Source: a virus (lineage: Duplodnaviria; Caudoviricetes). From it: DNA of 24,943 nt. The notes below the pieces were generated by a model. The model did no database searches and had not been told where the DNA came from. It worked only from the letters and a program-made list of their open reading frames with translations. Position numbers and translations under genes: made by a program. The first letter of the stretch is position 1; every line of letters begins with the position of its first letter. This document shows, one piece after another, positions 7,657 through 17,637 of the stretch. The stretch lies in IMG/VR virus record IMGVR_UViG_3300025357_000053, positions 1 to 24,943 of that record. The stretch is one strand, 5' to 3'.

Positions 7657-8577
7657 ATGACCACTAGCGGAACGTACAACTTCAATCCATCCTTGGGTGA
7701 GTTGACGCTCTTTGCCTTTAACTTGGCAGGGGTGCGCAATACCGCTATTGCTCAGGAACACATGGAATCGGCCCGTATGGCCACAAACCTTATGTTATCC
7801 CGTTGGGCTAACATGGGTGTCAATCTGTGGGAAGTTAAGCTTGCCACGATTCCATTGACTACCGGCGTATCTACCTATGCTGCCGCACCAATGGATAACG
7901 TCACGGCGGCGTCTGGAGATGGCACCACAGCCACTCTCACGTATAGCAGCAGCAATAGCTACCCAGCGGGTTCTTTAATCACCGTGGCAGGTATGACGCC
8001 CACGGGTTATAATGGCACGTTCACGGTCACGGCATCTACTTCGACAACGGTATCATATGCCAATACGACCACGGGCAGCATGACTGTTGCGGGAACCATT
8101 ACGGGCAACTCAAATACCACCGTTATGGTCCTTGACGCATACGTAACAACCGTTAGCGGTGGCTCTAACATTGACCGCATTATTTTGCCGGTTAGCCGCA
8201 CCGAATACGCAAGTTACCCCAATAAAACTCAGCAGGGCTTCCCTACAATTTATTGGTTTGACCGCTTAATTAGCCCAACTGTTACTGTTTGGCCTGTACC
8301 CAATACTACAACTGGCCCATCTACATTGTCATTTTACTATGTAACGCAAGTACAAGATTCAAACTTTACTGGCGGACAAACTGTTGATGTACCGTATCGT
8401 TGGCTGGATGCATTCGCCAATGGGCTTGCTTATAGACTTGCTCGAATTTGGAACCCGCCTCTTGTTCAGATGTTGAAGCCGGAAGCGGATGAAGCATATG
8501 CAATCGCGGCTCAGCAAGACACTGAGTGGACTTCCATGTACGTCAGCCCTCAGGTCTCCGGCTACTGGAGAAACTAA
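7657..8577 (+). CDS. head-tail adaptor / tail ring protein 1 with an inserted beta-domain
   Basis: MTTSGTYNF, helical ARMATNLMLSRWANMGVNLW, then SRTEYASYPNK..QGFP, VWPVPN and DVPYRWLDAFANGLAYRLA: the pattern of podovirus adaptor (T7 gp11/P22 gp4-like) proteins. Insert at about 7891-8106. Confidence 0.7.
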   Translation: MTTSGTYNFNPSLGELTLFAFNLAGVRNTAIAQEHMESARMATNLMLSRWANMGVNLWEVKLATIPLTTGVSTYAAAPMDNVTAASGDGTTATLTYSSSNSYPAGSLITVAGMTPTGYNGTFTVTASTSTTVSYANTTTGSMTVAGTITGNSNTTVMVLDAYVTTVSGGSNIDRIILPVSRTEYASYPNKTQQGFPTIYWFDRLISPTVTVWPVPNTTTGPSTLSFYYVTQVQDSNFTGGQTVDVPYRWLDAFANGLAYRLARIWNPPLVQMLKPEADEAYAIAAQQDTEWTSMYVSPQVSGYWRN

Positions 8578-9210
8578 GTGGATGAATTTTACGTTTACGA
8601 ACATTGGCGTCCTGATAAAAATACCTGTTTCTATGTAGGAAAAGGTAAAAACAAACGCGCGTGGGATTTAAAAAACCGCAAAAACTCTCACTTTTCATCT
8701 GTAGTTTCAAAATTAACTGCATTGGGTTTTGCTGTTGATGTACGACTAATTGCCGTTAATTTATCTGAAAAAGATGCATTGGCGTTGGAAATAGAACGCA
8801 TTGCATTTTATGGCATGGAAAATTTAACTAACATGACGCGCGGGGGAGATGGGCTGGTAAATCCATCTGAGGAAGTTAGACAAAAGATTTCTGCCGCCCA
8901 TAAAAAACGGTTTGAAAACCCTGAAGAAAGGGCCAAAATAGGATTAATAAATAAAGGCAAAAAAGCTTCAGAAGAAACTAAAGCCAAAATATCTCGTGCT
9001 ATGAAAATACGTCGCCATAGCGAGGAAACAAAAAAAATAATGAAAGAATCCGCCAAAAAGCGTGGCATTTCTTATGAAACACGGTTAAAAATTAATGCTG
9101 CTAGGACTGGCATGAAACGCCCACCTATTACGGAAGAAGCACGGCAAAACATGCGCAAGGCAGCTAAACTACGCGAAGAAAAGAAACGACTCCAACGGCA
9201 GGAGGCGTAA
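8578..9210 (+). mobile_element. free-standing GIY-YIG homing endonuclease gene with NUMOD3-type repeats
   Basis: GTG start with GGAG 7 nt upstream. FYVYEH...FYVGKG..KRA, ALALE and LTNMTRGGDG form the GIY-YIG catalytic domain. It is followed by SEEVRQKIS, KASEETKAKIS, HSEETKKIM, ISYETRLKI and ITEEARQNM repeats. Lower GC than the flanks. Confidence 0.88.
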
Positions 9211-9948
9211 ATGGGTTACGCTTCCAAAGTCGGTCGTGCAAGAGTATCATCTAAAAGCCCGCAAGCTTTAGCGATCTGTGATCGTTGCGGCTTCACCTAT
9301 AACCATGTCGATCTTGCTTGGCAGTTCGACTGGGGTGGCGCGTCTTTGATTAACAAGCGCATTCTTGTGTGCCGTCCATGCAATGATATTCCACAGAATC
9401 AGCTTCGCGCTATCGTTCTTCCTGCTGATCCGGTTCCTATTATGAATCCGCGCACGGAGAACTTTGCCGATGCGGAAACGACCAATGTAACCATATCCGC
9501 GCCAACGGTTTATGATCCAATTACTGGTCTGCCTATTCCTCCAACGACAAATATTGTCACGGAAACAAATACGAATGTAACGACGCAAGTTATTGGCCGC
9601 CCAACTGGGCTTACTCAAAATGCCATCATGCCTTTATTTGAAGGCGTGTCTTATGGCGTTACATTAAATCCGTTATCGGTTTCGTCCCAGTCCGGAACAA
9701 GCACTATTACTGTAACCTTTAGTTCTGCGCATGGATTGTCAACAAACGCACAAATAGCCGTGCAAGGTTTGTCCAATAATGCTGCCGATGGTATTTATAG
9801 TGTTACAGTAACGAATCCAATGATCTTCACCTATCAAGTAAATAGTGCTATACCAGTAAGCAGCTTATTGCAGGGTACGACTTTAATGGTCACGGCTCTT
9901 GTAGGCTTGCCGTATGATTATGCGCAAATACCACTTACTGGGGCTTAG
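9211..9948 (+). CDS. CxxC...CxxC zinc-binding virion-associated protein with C-terminal beta-domain
   Basis: RBS GGAGG. AICDRCGF...LVCRPCND...PADPVPIMNPR. The C-terminal part has a TITVTFSSAHGL...DGIYSVTV..FTY module. Confidence 0.7.
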   Translation: MGYASKVGRARVSSKSPQALAICDRCGFTYNHVDLAWQFDWGGASLINKRILVCRPCNDIPQNQLRAIVLPADPVPIMNPRTENFADAETTNVTISAPTVYDPITGLPIPPTTNIVTETNTNVTTQVIGRPTGLTQNAIMPLFEGVSYGVTLNPLSVSSQSGTSTITVTFSSAHGLSTNAQIAVQGLSNNAADGIYSVTVTNPMIFTYQVNSAIPVSSLLQGTTLMVTALVGLPYDYAQIPLTGA

Positions 9949-9950
9949 AA

Positions 9951-12900
9951 ATGGCGAATACCACTATTACCAACTTAACCCCTGTAGTTACGCTAAGTGG
10001 TAATGCGGAGCTTATGATTGTTCAGTCTGGCACATCGTATAGTGCCACGGCTCAGCAGATTGCCAATCTAAATGCAGCGGCAGGTACGGTAACATCGATT
10101 ACTGCTGTTTCCCCTCTTTACGGTGGGACGATTACTGCTGCCGGATCAATCGGTCTTACCCAAAACAGCATCGACAACACCTATCTTTCCACTATGGCTG
10201 CTAATAGCCTTAAGGGGAACAATACGGGTAGCGTTGCGGCTGTTCAAGACTTAACCGTTGCCCAAACAATGACCATGTTGGGTGCCGCCCCTTTAAACTC
10301 CCCTGTTTTTACGGGAACGCCACAAGCGCCAACTCCTTCGCTGTCCGATAACAGCACTCAGCTTGCAACTACCGCGTTTGTGAAAAGCCAAGGGTACGGT
10401 TCCGGCATCACGTCCATCACGGCTGGTACGGGTCTTTCTGGCGGGACCATTACAACTTCCGGCACGATTGCTATTGGGAATACTGGTGTTACTTCTGGAA
10501 ATTATGGCTCCGCAACAACGGTTCCTGTCATTTCCGTTAATGCTCAAGGCCAAATTACATCCGCTTCAAGCGTTGCAATAGCCATCACTCCCAGCCAAAT
10601 TTCCGGCCTTGGGACTATGGCAACTCAAAATGCTAATGCGGTTGCGATTACTGGCGGCACTATTAATCAGACTATCGTCGGTGGCACAACCCCTGCTGCT
10701 GCCACGTTTACTGCATTAACTGCTACAGGAACGACCAATCTTAGCGCCATTGCTACGGGTAATTGGCAAGCTACCCCAATAGCTGTCAACTATGGCGGAA
10801 CAGGCGCGACATCCGCGATTGATGCTCGCACAAATTTGGCAGCAGCAAAGTCGGGCAATAACAGCGATATTAATAGCCTTTCGGGGTTGACCACACCATT
10901 GTCCGAAATTCAAGGTGGCACGGGCTACAACTCTTACACCACGGGTGACATTCTATATGCCTCGTCATCCACTACTTTGGCTCGTTTAAGCGATGTTGCT
11001 ACCGGAAACGCCCTTATTTCGGGTGGTGTTGGCGTTGCTCCCACATGGGGTAAAATTGGTCTTACAACCCACGTTAGCGGAACTTTGCCGGTTGCAAATG
11101 GCGGCACCGGCGCAATAACTTTGACCGGCTATCTAGTTGGCAATGGGACAGGTGCGTTTACCGCTGTTTCAACAATCCCTAATGCCGGATTAACCAATTC
11201 ATCCATTACAATCGGTTCAACATCAATTTCTCTTGGTAGCTCAACAAGCACCTTAGCGGGATTGACCTCCGTTACAGTAACGCAAGACCCTACATCTGCT
11301 TTGCAGCTTTCAACCAAGCAGTATGTAGATAACACAGTTTCAACGGTTTCTAATACTACATATCATACTGCTGCTGGTTATGCGACGACCGCCGATCTTG
11401 GCACGGTAACGTATAACAACGGCACTGGTGGTGTCGGCGCTACGTTGACAAACGCCGGTACTCAGGCTGCCTTGACCATTGACGGCTATACTTTTACCAG
11501 CACCGACGTTTCGAATGCTACTCGTGTTTTGGTTAAAAACGAAACCTCTGCTGCCTACAATGGTATTTACGTTGTAACAAATCAGGGTTCGGGTTCAACG
11601 AACTGGGTGCTTACCCGTTCAACGGACTTCAATGCTACGGGTTCTGGCCCCAACTACATTGAAACAGGCGCTGCTGCATACGTCAGTAATGGTTCAACAA
11701 ACGGCGCAACTTCTTGGACAATGACGACCACGGGAACCATTACGGTTGGTTCTACGGCATTAATTTGGTCGCAGATTTCATCTTCTGGCAATATTCAGGT
11801 TTCTTCTCCTATTACCAAAACGGGTAATACGATTGGCCTTGGAACAGTTGGCGTCGCAAACGGTGGAACTGGTTTAGCGACATTGACGGCTTATGGCCTT
11901 TTGTATGCCGCCAGTACATCTTCTGTTGGACAAATTTCGCCCTCCACAACGGGGTACGCCCTTCTTTCAACCGGCGCATCGTCTGCTCCGGCGTTTGGTC
12001 AAGTTTCTTTGACTGCTGGCGTCACTGGTGCGCTTCCAGTAGCCAATGGCGGCACTGGTACAGCAACTGCGTTTACCATCGGTTCAATGGTATTTGCCGG
12101 GGCTTCTGGTGTGTACACTCAAAATAACAGTAAGCTGTTTTGGGATAATACGAACTTCCGCCTTGGTTTAAACACCGCTTCGCCAAATTCTACTTTGACG
12201 GTGGTATCCAACAGCCAATCGACTACGCCACCATCAAATTCAACCCTTCCAGCGGGTACGGATTTGTACATTATGGGTGCAAACTCGTCGAATACCCGCG
12301 TTACCCAAGACGCTTACGGTACGGGTTCGTATGGTGTTTATACCGCACGTTCTGCGCGTGGTACGGCGGCTGTCCCTACCGCGTCGCAAGCTGGCGATAC
12401 CTTATCGCAGTTTACTGGCCGTGGTTATGGCGCGACTGGCTTCGCGACGGTTTCAAACGGTTACTTTTCTATCTCCGCCGCTGAAAACTTTACCGATACA
12501 GCGCAGGGCGCTTATGCATCGGTATTCACCTCGGCAACGGGCAATAACTCACCGACAGAAGCCTTCCGGTTTGGCCCAGCGGGTCAATTGGGTATTGGCG
12601 GCGCTACTTATGGTACGTCAGGTCAGTTCTTCCTTTCTGGTGGCGCATCTGCTGCTCCGACATGGACTACCGTAACGCTTGCTACCCTTGGCGGCGTTGT
12701 TCCTGTGGCTTCTGGCGGCACAAACCTTACTTCGTATACGACCGGCGATATCCTTTACGCATCTGCTTCTACAACGATTGCATCGCTTGCAGACGTTGCT
12801 ACGGGGTCTGTGTTGGTATCGGGTGGCGTTGGTGTAGCACCATCGTATTCGTCCTCCCCTACGCTTACGACATCGCTAACAACACCATTGCACATTGGCG

Positions 12901-15257
12901 GCACGACTGCATCTTCTACGCTGACTTTGGAATCCACGTCTGGCGTGGGTACATCAGATAGCATCATCTTCAAGACTGGTAGCCAATCAACGGCTATGAC
13001 GATTAGCACGGCGCAAAACGTCGTGATCGGCGCTGCCACGCCAGCGGCTGGACAAACCTTGCATCTTTCCAAAAACATGACGGGGGCCGTAACTACATAT
13101 GGTATTTTAAATAACGGAACTATCCAATCTGACTCAAACAGTTCTGTTTATGGAAATCTTACCCAATTACCTACGCAAGCGACATCATTTACCCTCACCA
13201 ATTTGATTAGCTATGCTGCGGCGTTAGGTACGGTTGGTATTGGTTCTCAAATCACTAACTTATATGGTTACCAAGCCACGCCAACTTTGATTGGCGCTAC
13301 TAATAATTACGCATTTTATTCCAATATTCCGTCCGTAACGACTGGAACAATCAATAACGTATCCGCTGACGGGACAACTGCAACTATCACGACATCTGCC
13401 GCACATGGATATGGCACAGGTCAATCTGTCATTGTTGCGGCAGTAACAAACACATCCTTAAATGGAACGTTTACCATTACGTCTGTTCCATCGACAACCA
13501 CATTCACATATCTTGTGGCTGCAACCGTTTCGTCTCAGGCCGATACGGGCAGCACTTATGTCAATACGGGGCGGTATAATTTTTACGCCGCTGGAACTGC
13601 TCCAAATTTATTTGCTGGTAACCTTACGGTTAATAATTCGGCAAATACTGGTGGCGCTGCGCTTACAGGAACTTCACCAATTTCGTTAAGGGCTGCGGCT
13701 TCAACATATACAGATATTGTATCTGCAACTGGAACACAGGCTCTTGCTGCAAATGTTATTTTTGGTGGCCCAGTAATTGCTGCGAGAAATACAGGCGTTG
13801 TATTTACTACAGCGGCAAATCTTTATATCAATGCGGCTCCAGTTCCCGGCACAAATGTCACCTTCACCAACGCATATGCTTTGTATGTGTCGTCTGGAGC
13901 GTCTTATTTTGGCGGAACATTAACGGCGGCATCTACCGTTACAATGTCACCCGCCAACGCATCTGTAACCATTTCTCCAACAGGAACTGGAACGGTTACG
14001 ATCAATCCAGCAACTGCTGGCACGATCAATAATATGTCAATTGGCGCAACAACGGCTTCTACGGGTGCTTTCACAACTCTTTCCGCATCTAGCACGGTAT
14101 CTGGTACGGGTTTCAGCACCTATCTTGCCTCACCTCCTGCTATCGGCGGCACAACTGCGGCTGCGGGTTCATTTACTACATTATCGGCATCCAGTACCGT
14201 ATCAGGAGCTGGATTTAGCACATACTTAGCTTCTCCTCCTGCAATCGGCGGGACTACTGCTGCGGCTGGTACATTTACGGCGGTCGTAGCTAACGAATCA
14301 ATTGCAGGGTCGTTAAGTCAAGGAGCCTTTGCTTACGGTACACTGCCATACAGTGACGTTGATATTTTTGCATCCTACCAAGCAAACGTAAATTCTTACT
14401 CCCAGATAATTTTGCATAACACCAGCAGCGGCACAGCGGCTTCGACGGACTTTATTGTTGGGAATAACAACACAACGTCTACAACCTATTACGGCGATTT
14501 CGGCATGAACTCGTCGGGATTTTCGGGAACAGGTTCGCTCAACGCTGCCAACGCGGTATTTTTGTCGGCCACAAGCGGCGATCTTGTTATCGGTACGACC
14601 ACCTCAAATGCCATTCATTTTGTGGTTAATAATGGCGCAACAGATGCAATGTCGATTTCGACCGCTGGTGTAGTAACGCTTGGAACGGCTTTGGCAGTGG
14701 GATCGGGCGGTTCTGGTGCAACCACTCTTACCGGCGTTCTTAAAGGTAATGGAACCAGTGCTTTCACGGCGGCTACGGCTGGCACTGACTATGTTTCCCC
14801 CGGCACTGCTACGACATTTACGGCTACCCAGACGTTTAACGGGTCATCCTCTGTTTTGGCGGCAGTCCTAACCAATGCTGCTGAAACAACCACGGTATCT
14901 GCTACGGCAGCAACGGGTACGATCAACTTCTACACGTCCTCGCAGTCAGTGCTGTATTATACCACGTCGGCATCAGCTAACTGGACGTTAAACGTTGCTC
15001 ATTCAGCGGGTACATCGCTGAATACAGCGTTGTCTACCGGCCAGACGATTACCATTGCATTCATGGTTACGAACGGTGCTACGGCCTACTATCAATCATC
15101 CTTTACGATTGATGGCACGGCGGTCACGCCTAAGTGGCAGGGCGGTACGGCTCCATCAGCAGGTGATGCCAGCGCGGTGGATATTTACACTTATACAATC
15201 GTGAAGACAGGCAGTGCTGCGTATACTGTGTTTGCATCCGTAACCAAGTTCGCCTGA
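9951..15257 (+). CDS. long tail fibre protein (1768 aa)
   Basis: T/S/G/A-rich. APLNSPVFTGTPQAPT..QLATTAFV, GTGLSGG, repeated (L/V)xVxxGGTG, STKQYVD, RVLVKNE...NGIYVV and a C-terminal PKWQGGTAP...DIYTYTIVKT module are all standard fibre motifs. Confidence 0.88.
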   Translation: MANTTITNLTPVVTLSGNAELMIVQSGTSYSATAQQIANLNAAAGTVTSITAVSPLYGGTITAAGSIGLTQNSIDNTYLSTMAANSLKGNNTGSVAAVQDLTVAQTMTMLGAAPLNSPVFTGTPQAPTPSLSDNSTQLATTAFVKSQGYGSGITSITAGTGLSGGTITTSGTIAIGNTGVTSGNYGSATTVPVISVNAQGQITSASSVAIAITPSQISGLGTMATQNANAVAITGGTINQTIVGGTTPAAATFTALTATGTTNLSAIATGNWQATPIAVNYGGTGATSAIDARTNLAAAKSGNNSDINSLSGLTTPLSEIQGGTGYNSYTTGDILYASSSTTLARLSDVATGNALISGGVGVAPTWGKIGLTTHVSGTLPVANGGTGAITLTGYLVGNGTGAFTAVSTIPNAGLTNSSITIGSTSISLGSSTSTLAGLTSVTVTQDPTSALQLSTKQYVDNTVSTVSNTTYHTAAGYATTADLGTVTYNNGTGGVGATLTNAGTQAALTIDGYTFTSTDVSNATRVLVKNETSAAYNGIYVVTNQGSGSTNWVLTRSTDFNATGSGPNYIETGAAAYVSNGSTNGATSWTMTTTGTITVGSTALIWSQISSSGNIQVSSPITKTGNTIGLGTVGVANGGTGLATLTAYGLLYAASTSSVGQISPSTTGYALLSTGASSAPAFGQVSLTAGVTGALPVANGGTGTATAFTIGSMVFAGASGVYTQNNSKLFWDNTNFRLGLNTASPNSTLTVVSNSQSTTPPSNSTLPAGTDLYIMGANSSNTRVTQDAYGTGSYGVYTARSARGTAAVPTASQAGDTLSQFTGRGYGATGFATVSNGYFSISAAENFTDTAQGAYASVFTSATGNNSPTEAFRFGPAGQLGIGGATYGTSGQFFLSGGASAAPTWTTVTLATLGGVVPVASGGTNLTSYTTGDILYASASTTIASLADVATGSVLVSGGVGVAPSYSSSPTLTTSLTTPLHIGGTTASSTLTLESTSGVGTSDSIIFKTGSQSTAMTISTAQNVVIGAATPAAGQTLHLSKNMTGAVTTYGILNNGTIQSDSNSSVYGNLTQLPTQATSFTLTNLISYAAALGTVGIGSQITNLYGYQATPTLIGATNNYAFYSNIPSVTTGTINNVSADGTTATITTSAAHGYGTGQSVIVAAVTNTSLNGTFTITSVPSTTTFTYLVAATVSSQADTGSTYVNTGRYNFYAAGTAPNLFAGNLTVNNSANTGGAALTGTSPISLRAAASTYTDIVSATGTQALAANVIFGGPVIAARNTGVVFTTAANLYINAAPVPGTNVTFTNAYALYVSSGASYFGGTLTAASTVTMSPANASVTISPTGTGTVTINPATAGTINNMSIGATTASTGAFTTLSASSTVSGTGFSTYLASPPAIGGTTAAAGSFTTLSASSTVSGAGFSTYLASPPAIGGTTAAAGTFTAVVANESIAGSLSQGAFAYGTLPYSDVDIFASYQANVNSYSQIILHNTSSGTAASTDFIVGNNNTTSTTYYGDFGMNSSGFSGTGSLNAANAVFLSATSGDLVIGTTTSNAIHFVVNNGATDAMSISTAGVVTLGTALAVGSGGSGATTLTGVLKGNGTSAFTAATAGTDYVSPGTATTFTATQTFNGSSSVLAAVLTNAAETTTVSATAATGTINFYTSSQSVLYYTTSASANWTLNVAHSAGTSLNTALSTGQTITIAFMVTNGATAYYQSSFTIDGTAVTPKWQGGTAPSAGDASAVDIYTYTIVKTGSAAYTVFASVTKFA
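10932..11049 (+). repeat. dispersed fibre repeat, copy 1 (copy 2 at 12732-12849)
   Basis: SYTTGDILYASSSTTLARLSDVATGNALISGGVGVAPTW versus SYTTGDILYASASTTIASLADVATGSVLVSGGVGVAPSY. Confidence 0.85.
12732..12849 (+). repeat. dispersed fibre repeat, copy 2
   Basis: Ungapped protein-level match to 10932-11049. Confidence 0.85.
14064..14267 (+). repeat. tandem 102-nt (34-aa) repeat, two copies, in the tail fibre
   Basis: GAFTTLSASSTVSGTGFSTYLASPPAIGGTTAAA / GSFTTLSASSTVSGAGFSTYLASPPAIGGTTAAA; 32 of 34 residues identical. Confidence 0.92.
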
Positions 15258-15264
15258 GGTTGAT

Positions 15265-17637
15265 ATGCCAACAATTATCACCCGTGGGACAATGGACGCC
15301 AAGGCTTACGGCTTTGGCACGACTACGGCTAACCCAAACACTTACACAATTAATAACTCGCTGCGGTTTCGCAAGTCGGCAACTGCCTACTTAAACCGCA
15401 CATTCGGTACACCTACATCCTCCACCATTTACACATGGTCTGGGTGGGTCAAGCGTGGAATTTTTAACGCGGTTCAAACTTTGTTTGCTACTGGGACAAA
15501 TACTAACTTTGAATTTAGCACCAATGATCAGCTTATTGTAACCCTATCAGGGGCTGCTTTAACAACTACGCCTGTATTCCGTGATTTTTCATCATGGTAT
15601 CACGTTATGTATGTTCAAAATGGTAGTTCGCAAACTATCTATGTAAATGGAATTTCGGCTGTTACAGGGTCTAATCCTAACACCACATTTAATACTGCCG
15701 CCGCACATCAAATTGGGCAAGGAAATTCAACCAACTATTTTGATGGGGAATTGGCGGAAGTTAACTTCATTGATGGTCAAGCATTAACGCCTTCTAGTTT
15801 TGGCGCTTATGACACAAATGGCATTTGGCAGCCTGTACAATACACGGGTTCATATGGAAACAATGGGTTTTACCTTAATTTTGGCAATACGACCAGCACG
15901 ACCACGCTTGGATACGATACTTCCGGTAATAGCAATAACTGGACAACGAATAACATTAGTTTAACGGCTGGTGTGACCTATGACGCTCTGATTGATACCC
16001 CAAGCGTGGTTAGTGCAACGGTTTCTAATTATTGCACATTGAATCCCCTCACTTATGGATCAGTCGCGCCAATAGACGGGAATTTAACGCTTGCACAATC
16101 AACCACCACTCAAACAGGCGTTTTAGGAACTGTTCAAATTCCTACGACCGGTAAGTTTTATTGGGAAGCAACGGTATCTACTACTACAGCAGCTAACAAT
16201 GCAGTTTCATGGGGCGTTGCCACTTCCGTAGCCAGCCTAACCTCGTCTCCTCAAACAACAACTGGTACGTATGCGGCATATGTTAATGCTACTAAATTAC
16301 TTGTAACAAATGGGTCCGGCGGTGCGACGGGGACGGTCGCTATCGCGGCGGGTTCAATCATCCAAGTAGCATATGATGCAAGCTCTGGAAAATTGTGGCT
16401 AGGTCTTAACAATACATGGTATAATCCAACATTCGGAGGAACGGGCAATCCATCGACAGGGGCAAACCCGACCCTTACTGTTGCATCATCTCTTGGTCTT
16501 TTCCCCTATTTCACCTGTTTCCAAGAAACAATCAAAGCTACATTTGGTCAGCAACCGTTTACCTATACCCCACCAACGGGCTTTGTGGCATTAAATACCT
16601 ACAACTTGCCAACGCCGACTATCACCAATGGTGCGAACTATATTGCGGCATCGCTTTATACCGGAAATGGCTCCACGCTTTCCATCAACAACAACAGCAA
16701 CAATAACAGCGGCATTTCGTTTCAGCCTGATCTTGTTTGGATCAAGTCTCGTTCTGCTGCCACCAGCAACACCATTTTTAACGCCATCAGCGGTGCGACA
16801 AACTACGTTTCAAGTAATGCTGTCACGGCTCAAACGACCGATGCTACCAGTTTGACCAGCTTTAACGCCAATGGTTTTTCACTGGGTTCTTTGGCGCAGG
16901 TAAACGCCAGCGCTGCTACATTCGTATCTTGGCAATGGCTTGCGGGAAACGGAACTGCATCCAATACGTCTGGAAGCATAACTTCTACGGTTTCGGCCAA
17001 CACAACAGCAGGTTTCAGCATTGTAAACTATACCGGAACCGGCACTAACGCGACTGTTGGGCATGGTTTAGGCGCAGCTCCAAACTTTATCATAGTCAAA
17101 TCGTATAGTAACGGTAACGGCTGGTGGGTTTATTCGTCCGCAGTGGGCAATGGCAGCTACCTTGTGCTGAATACGTCGGCTATACCCACAGCTTCTGCAA
17201 CAGCGTGGAACAATACCACGCCTACATCGTCAGTTTTCTCAATTGGTACGGGAGCGCCCGTCAATAGCAGCAGTTCCAATCTGATTGCGCTTTGTTGGAC
17301 TGCTATTCCCGGTTACTCCGCTTTTGGCAGCTACACGGGTAACGCATCGGCAAACGGGCCGTTCACCTATCTTGGCTTCAAACCGCGCTATTTGCTCATT
17401 AAACGTACCGATGCCACGGGTGATTGGTACATTATTGATAGTTCCCGCAGTCCAGTGGACGTTGTTGCGGCGTCGTTATTCACCGATACTACAGGCGCTG
17501 AATCTTCTTCAACCGTATTGGATATATTGTCCAATGGCTTCAAGTGCCGCAGTTCAACGGTCGTCAATGCTTCGGCAGGAACTTATATCTACGCGGCCTT
17601 TGCCGAAAACCCATTCACCATTACGAGGGCTGTATAA
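15265..17637 (+). CDS. fibre-tip / receptor-binding protein with LamG (ConA-like), SPRY-like and repeated YTGNG beta domains
   Basis: SLRF...TWSGWVKR...WYHVMYV...YFDGELAEVNFIDG (LamG-like); GKFYWEA...VAYDASSGKLWLG (SPRY-like); YTGNG..FQPDLVWIKSR, HGLGAAPNFIIVK, LGFKPRYLLIKR, GTYIYAAFAENPF. Confidence 0.8.
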   Translation: MPTIITRGTMDAKAYGFGTTTANPNTYTINNSLRFRKSATAYLNRTFGTPTSSTIYTWSGWVKRGIFNAVQTLFATGTNTNFEFSTNDQLIVTLSGAALTTTPVFRDFSSWYHVMYVQNGSSQTIYVNGISAVTGSNPNTTFNTAAAHQIGQGNSTNYFDGELAEVNFIDGQALTPSSFGAYDTNGIWQPVQYTGSYGNNGFYLNFGNTTSTTTLGYDTSGNSNNWTTNNISLTAGVTYDALIDTPSVVSATVSNYCTLNPLTYGSVAPIDGNLTLAQSTTTQTGVLGTVQIPTTGKFYWEATVSTTTAANNAVSWGVATSVASLTSSPQTTTGTYAAYVNATKLLVTNGSGGATGTVAIAAGSIIQVAYDASSGKLWLGLNNTWYNPTFGGTGNPSTGANPTLTVASSLGLFPYFTCFQETIKATFGQQPFTYTPPTGFVALNTYNLPTPTITNGANYIAASLYTGNGSTLSINNNSNNNSGISFQPDLVWIKSRSAATSNTIFNAISGATNYVSSNAVTAQTTDATSLTSFNANGFSLGSLAQVNASAATFVSWQWLAGNGTASNTSGSITSTVSANTTAGFSIVNYTGTGTNATVGHGLGAAPNFIIVKSYSNGNGWWVYSSAVGNGSYLVLNTSAIPTASATAWNNTTPTSSVFSIGTGAPVNSSSSNLIALCWTAIPGYSAFGSYTGNASANGPFTYLGFKPRYLLIKRTDATGDWYIIDSSRSPVDVVAASLFTDTTGAESSSTVLDILSNGFKCRSSTVVNASAGTYIYAAFAENPFTITRAV

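Noticed and set aside
8560-9230. Possible group I intron around the endonuclease
   Set aside because: There is no non-coding flank to hold a ribozyme core, and both neighbouring genes appear complete.
14064-14267. Repeats as a CRISPR array or a diversity-generating retroelement TR/VR pair
   Set aside because: They are in-frame coding repeats without spacers. The differences are synonymous and not adenine-specific, and no reverse transcriptase or cas gene is present.
17544-17636. N-terminal extensions in track ORFs 17544, 909, 18077 and 19028
   Set aside because: Downstream ATGs (17637, 927, 18131, 19040) have RBSs or stop-start coupling and avoid long overlaps.
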